Source: Octopus sinensis
Lineage: Eukaryota
Direction of reading: 5' to 3'
Assembly (NCBI RefSeq): GCF_006345805.1
Contig: NC_043008.1
Location: 19,344,001 to 19,408,000 of the forward strand
DNA: 64,000 nt
The notes under the pieces were generated by a model. The model was not told where the DNA came from and made no database searches. It saw only the letters and a list, made by a program, of their open reading frames with translations. The translations under genes were made by a program, and so were the position numbers. Shown here piece after piece: positions 62,154-64,000 of this stretch; the first letter of the stretch is position 1; each line of letters begins with the position of its first letter.

Positions 62154-62251
62154 GTGGGAGAATTGCGTGTATATGAGAGAAACGGTAACACAGAGAAAGA
62201 GTATAAGTATGATTGTTTTAAAAGGTTTATGATCGAACCCGGAGTAATGGC

Positions 62252-62706
62252 TTACTTCGAGCTAGAACAATAAATCACCAGCTTAGCGAGGTCGCCAGCA
62301 ATAATCAGGAGGAATGGTAAAATAATGAAGACAATCCCTATGTAACCAGCTGCCTGAGCGGAGATTCGATTATCTGGGGCGCTGATTTTTTTCCGAATGT
62401 AACTAGACATATTTTTCTTCGGAATGGATAATTCTTTCGTCAGTTCTTGGAGATATATTTCCTCTTCCTCTTTAGTCCGGTTCACAGGAGTGGGGCATTT
62501 ACACATACACATTTCTGGTTGGGTTGTTGGTTCCACCCGGTTCGTTGTAGTCTCTATCGTGCTCTCAACAGTCGACTCGACCGATTCCGTCGTAATCTCC
62601 TCCTCGGGTTCTTCTGTAGTTACGAATACGGTTATCGAAGGTTCGGTGCTTGGGTCGGGCGTAGTTATTTCTGTGGTGTATATAGCGGTGGTTTCGTCAA
62701 TGATGT
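62252..62706 (-). CDS. Terminal coding exon of a single-pass membrane protein: Thr/Glu-rich mucin-like stalk, CxCxC, basic juxtamembrane segment, TM helix, short tail
   Basis: Acceptor ttcatttgttgcag|AC (phase 1), open frame of about 150 codons to TAA; [64 protein letters not shown]. Confidence 0.85.
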
Positions 62707-62760
62707 CTGCAACAAATGAATAAAATATCAAACAATTTGATTTCAGCGTCAGACATTATA

Positions 62761-63143
62761 TATTTCTTTACTGCCCGCACAAGGGTCTAAACAGAGAGGG
62801 GACAAACAAGGACAGACAAACGGATTAAGTCGATTATATCGACCCCAGTGCAAAACTGGTACTTTATTTATCGACTCCGAAAGGATGAAAGGCAAAGTCG
62901 ACCTCGGCGGAATTTGAACTCAGAACGTAACGGCAGACGAAATAGCTATTTCTTTACTACCCACAAGGGGCTAAACACAGAGGGGACGAACAAGGACAGA
63001 CAAACTGATTAAGTCGATTATGTCGACCCCAGTGCGAAACTGGTACTTATTTAATCGACCCCGAAAGGATGAAAAGCAAAGTTGGCCTCGGCGGAATTTG
63101 AACTCAGAACGTATAAACAGACGAAATACCTATTTCTTTACTA
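62761..63143 (-). mobile_element. Family D SINE bodies in tandem (two full units plus the edge of a third), no head
   Basis: Same gaaata(c/g)c|tatttctttact junction as at 37787-38561. Confidence 0.9.
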
Positions 63144-64000
63144 CAAGGGTTTGTTCTGTTGATCGGATCAAATGTGACACTCGTCGTCGTAACTGACGGA
63201 GTAAAAGTTGCAGTAGATGGTCGATACTTCCTACAAATGTCACCTTGTTGCCTTAACCAACGACTAGCACGATCTGCCAAGATATTTCCATAGAGAATCA
63301 CTCAATGACATTAGATAACAAATCCCTGATGTTTACTTAGGCGATATTTTAGATAACTGGTGAATCAATTAACGAACACATCAAGACGTCTCTATGTTAC
63401 TATAAAAATATCACAATAGGCATGTTGTCTCATGATCCACTGAAATAAATATCGAACGAGAGTCAACAGATGACGTTACATAACGTAGCGAAAGTCGAGC
63501 ATTATTATTTTCCCATCTAATTCCGACTCTTTGCGTTTTGAGTTCAAAATCCACCAGGGTAAATTTTCCCCTTTCATTTCTTCGGGGTCGGTAAGACAGG
63601 TACCAGTTGAAATCTGGGGGTCGATGTAAACGACAAGTCACTCCTTAAAAAACTTCAAGCCTTAGCACTGTATGGAGCTGTGGAACACAAAGTCGTTTCT
63701 CTTGAAGGCTCTGGGTGAGACTTGGTATCAACTTGTACAAAAGCCAAGCATAAAATAATAATGATAATAATGGCTTTAAATTTTGCCACAAGGGCAACCA
63801 TTTTGGGGAAGAGATAAGTCGATTACATCGCCCATAGTGTACTTAATTTATCGACCACCAAAGGGATGAAAGGCAAAGTTGACCTCCGTGGAATTTAAAC
63901 TCAGAACGCAGCGACGGGCGAATTATCTGTTAGCTCGCCGCCTTAATATAATGAAAATAATAATAGTAATGAACAACAATAATTCTTTCTACTGGAAGCA

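Overview
This is AT-rich, repeat-saturated metazoan DNA. The SINE set, the long (TA)n/(TACA)n arrays and one mollusc-type membrane-protein exon point to a coleoid cephalopod such as Octopus; that is inference, not a database result. No prokaryotic features or CRISPR array are present, and nearly all long ORFs in the track are translated microsatellites. Genic content is sparse: two or three probable + strand exons of an unidentified gene (23.5-34.3 kb) and one terminal exon on the - strand (62252-62706) encoding a Thr-rich stalk plus transmembrane helix. The rest is transposon debris: at least four tRNA-headed SINE families (my labels A-D), RTE-clade LINE 3' ends (label E), an RTE-X-like C2H2-finger tail, two Penelope-like (GIY-YIG) remnants, an R4/Dong-like restriction-endonuclease LINE fragment embedded in (CATA)n, mariner, pogo/Tc2 and piggyBac elements, two Helitron-type elements and an unclassified MITE with a 6-bp TSD. 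The main hunt result is 13 type I hammerhead-ribozyme motifs in 6 sequence families, read by eye; 10 of them lie in inverted-repeat arms. They include a U3-A8 covariant core in a 357-nt terminally redundant (retrozyme-like) unit, a family with a recurrent A6>U core, and a TSD-flanked unit with a tRNA-type Pol III promoter upstream of a canonical hammerhead. Also notable are head-to-tail SINE-body multimers with the same junction at two loci, and eight fold-back inverted repeats. SINE and LINE-fragment boundaries are approximate (about 10-20 bp); TIR, TSD, ribozyme and exon coordinates were counted by hand.
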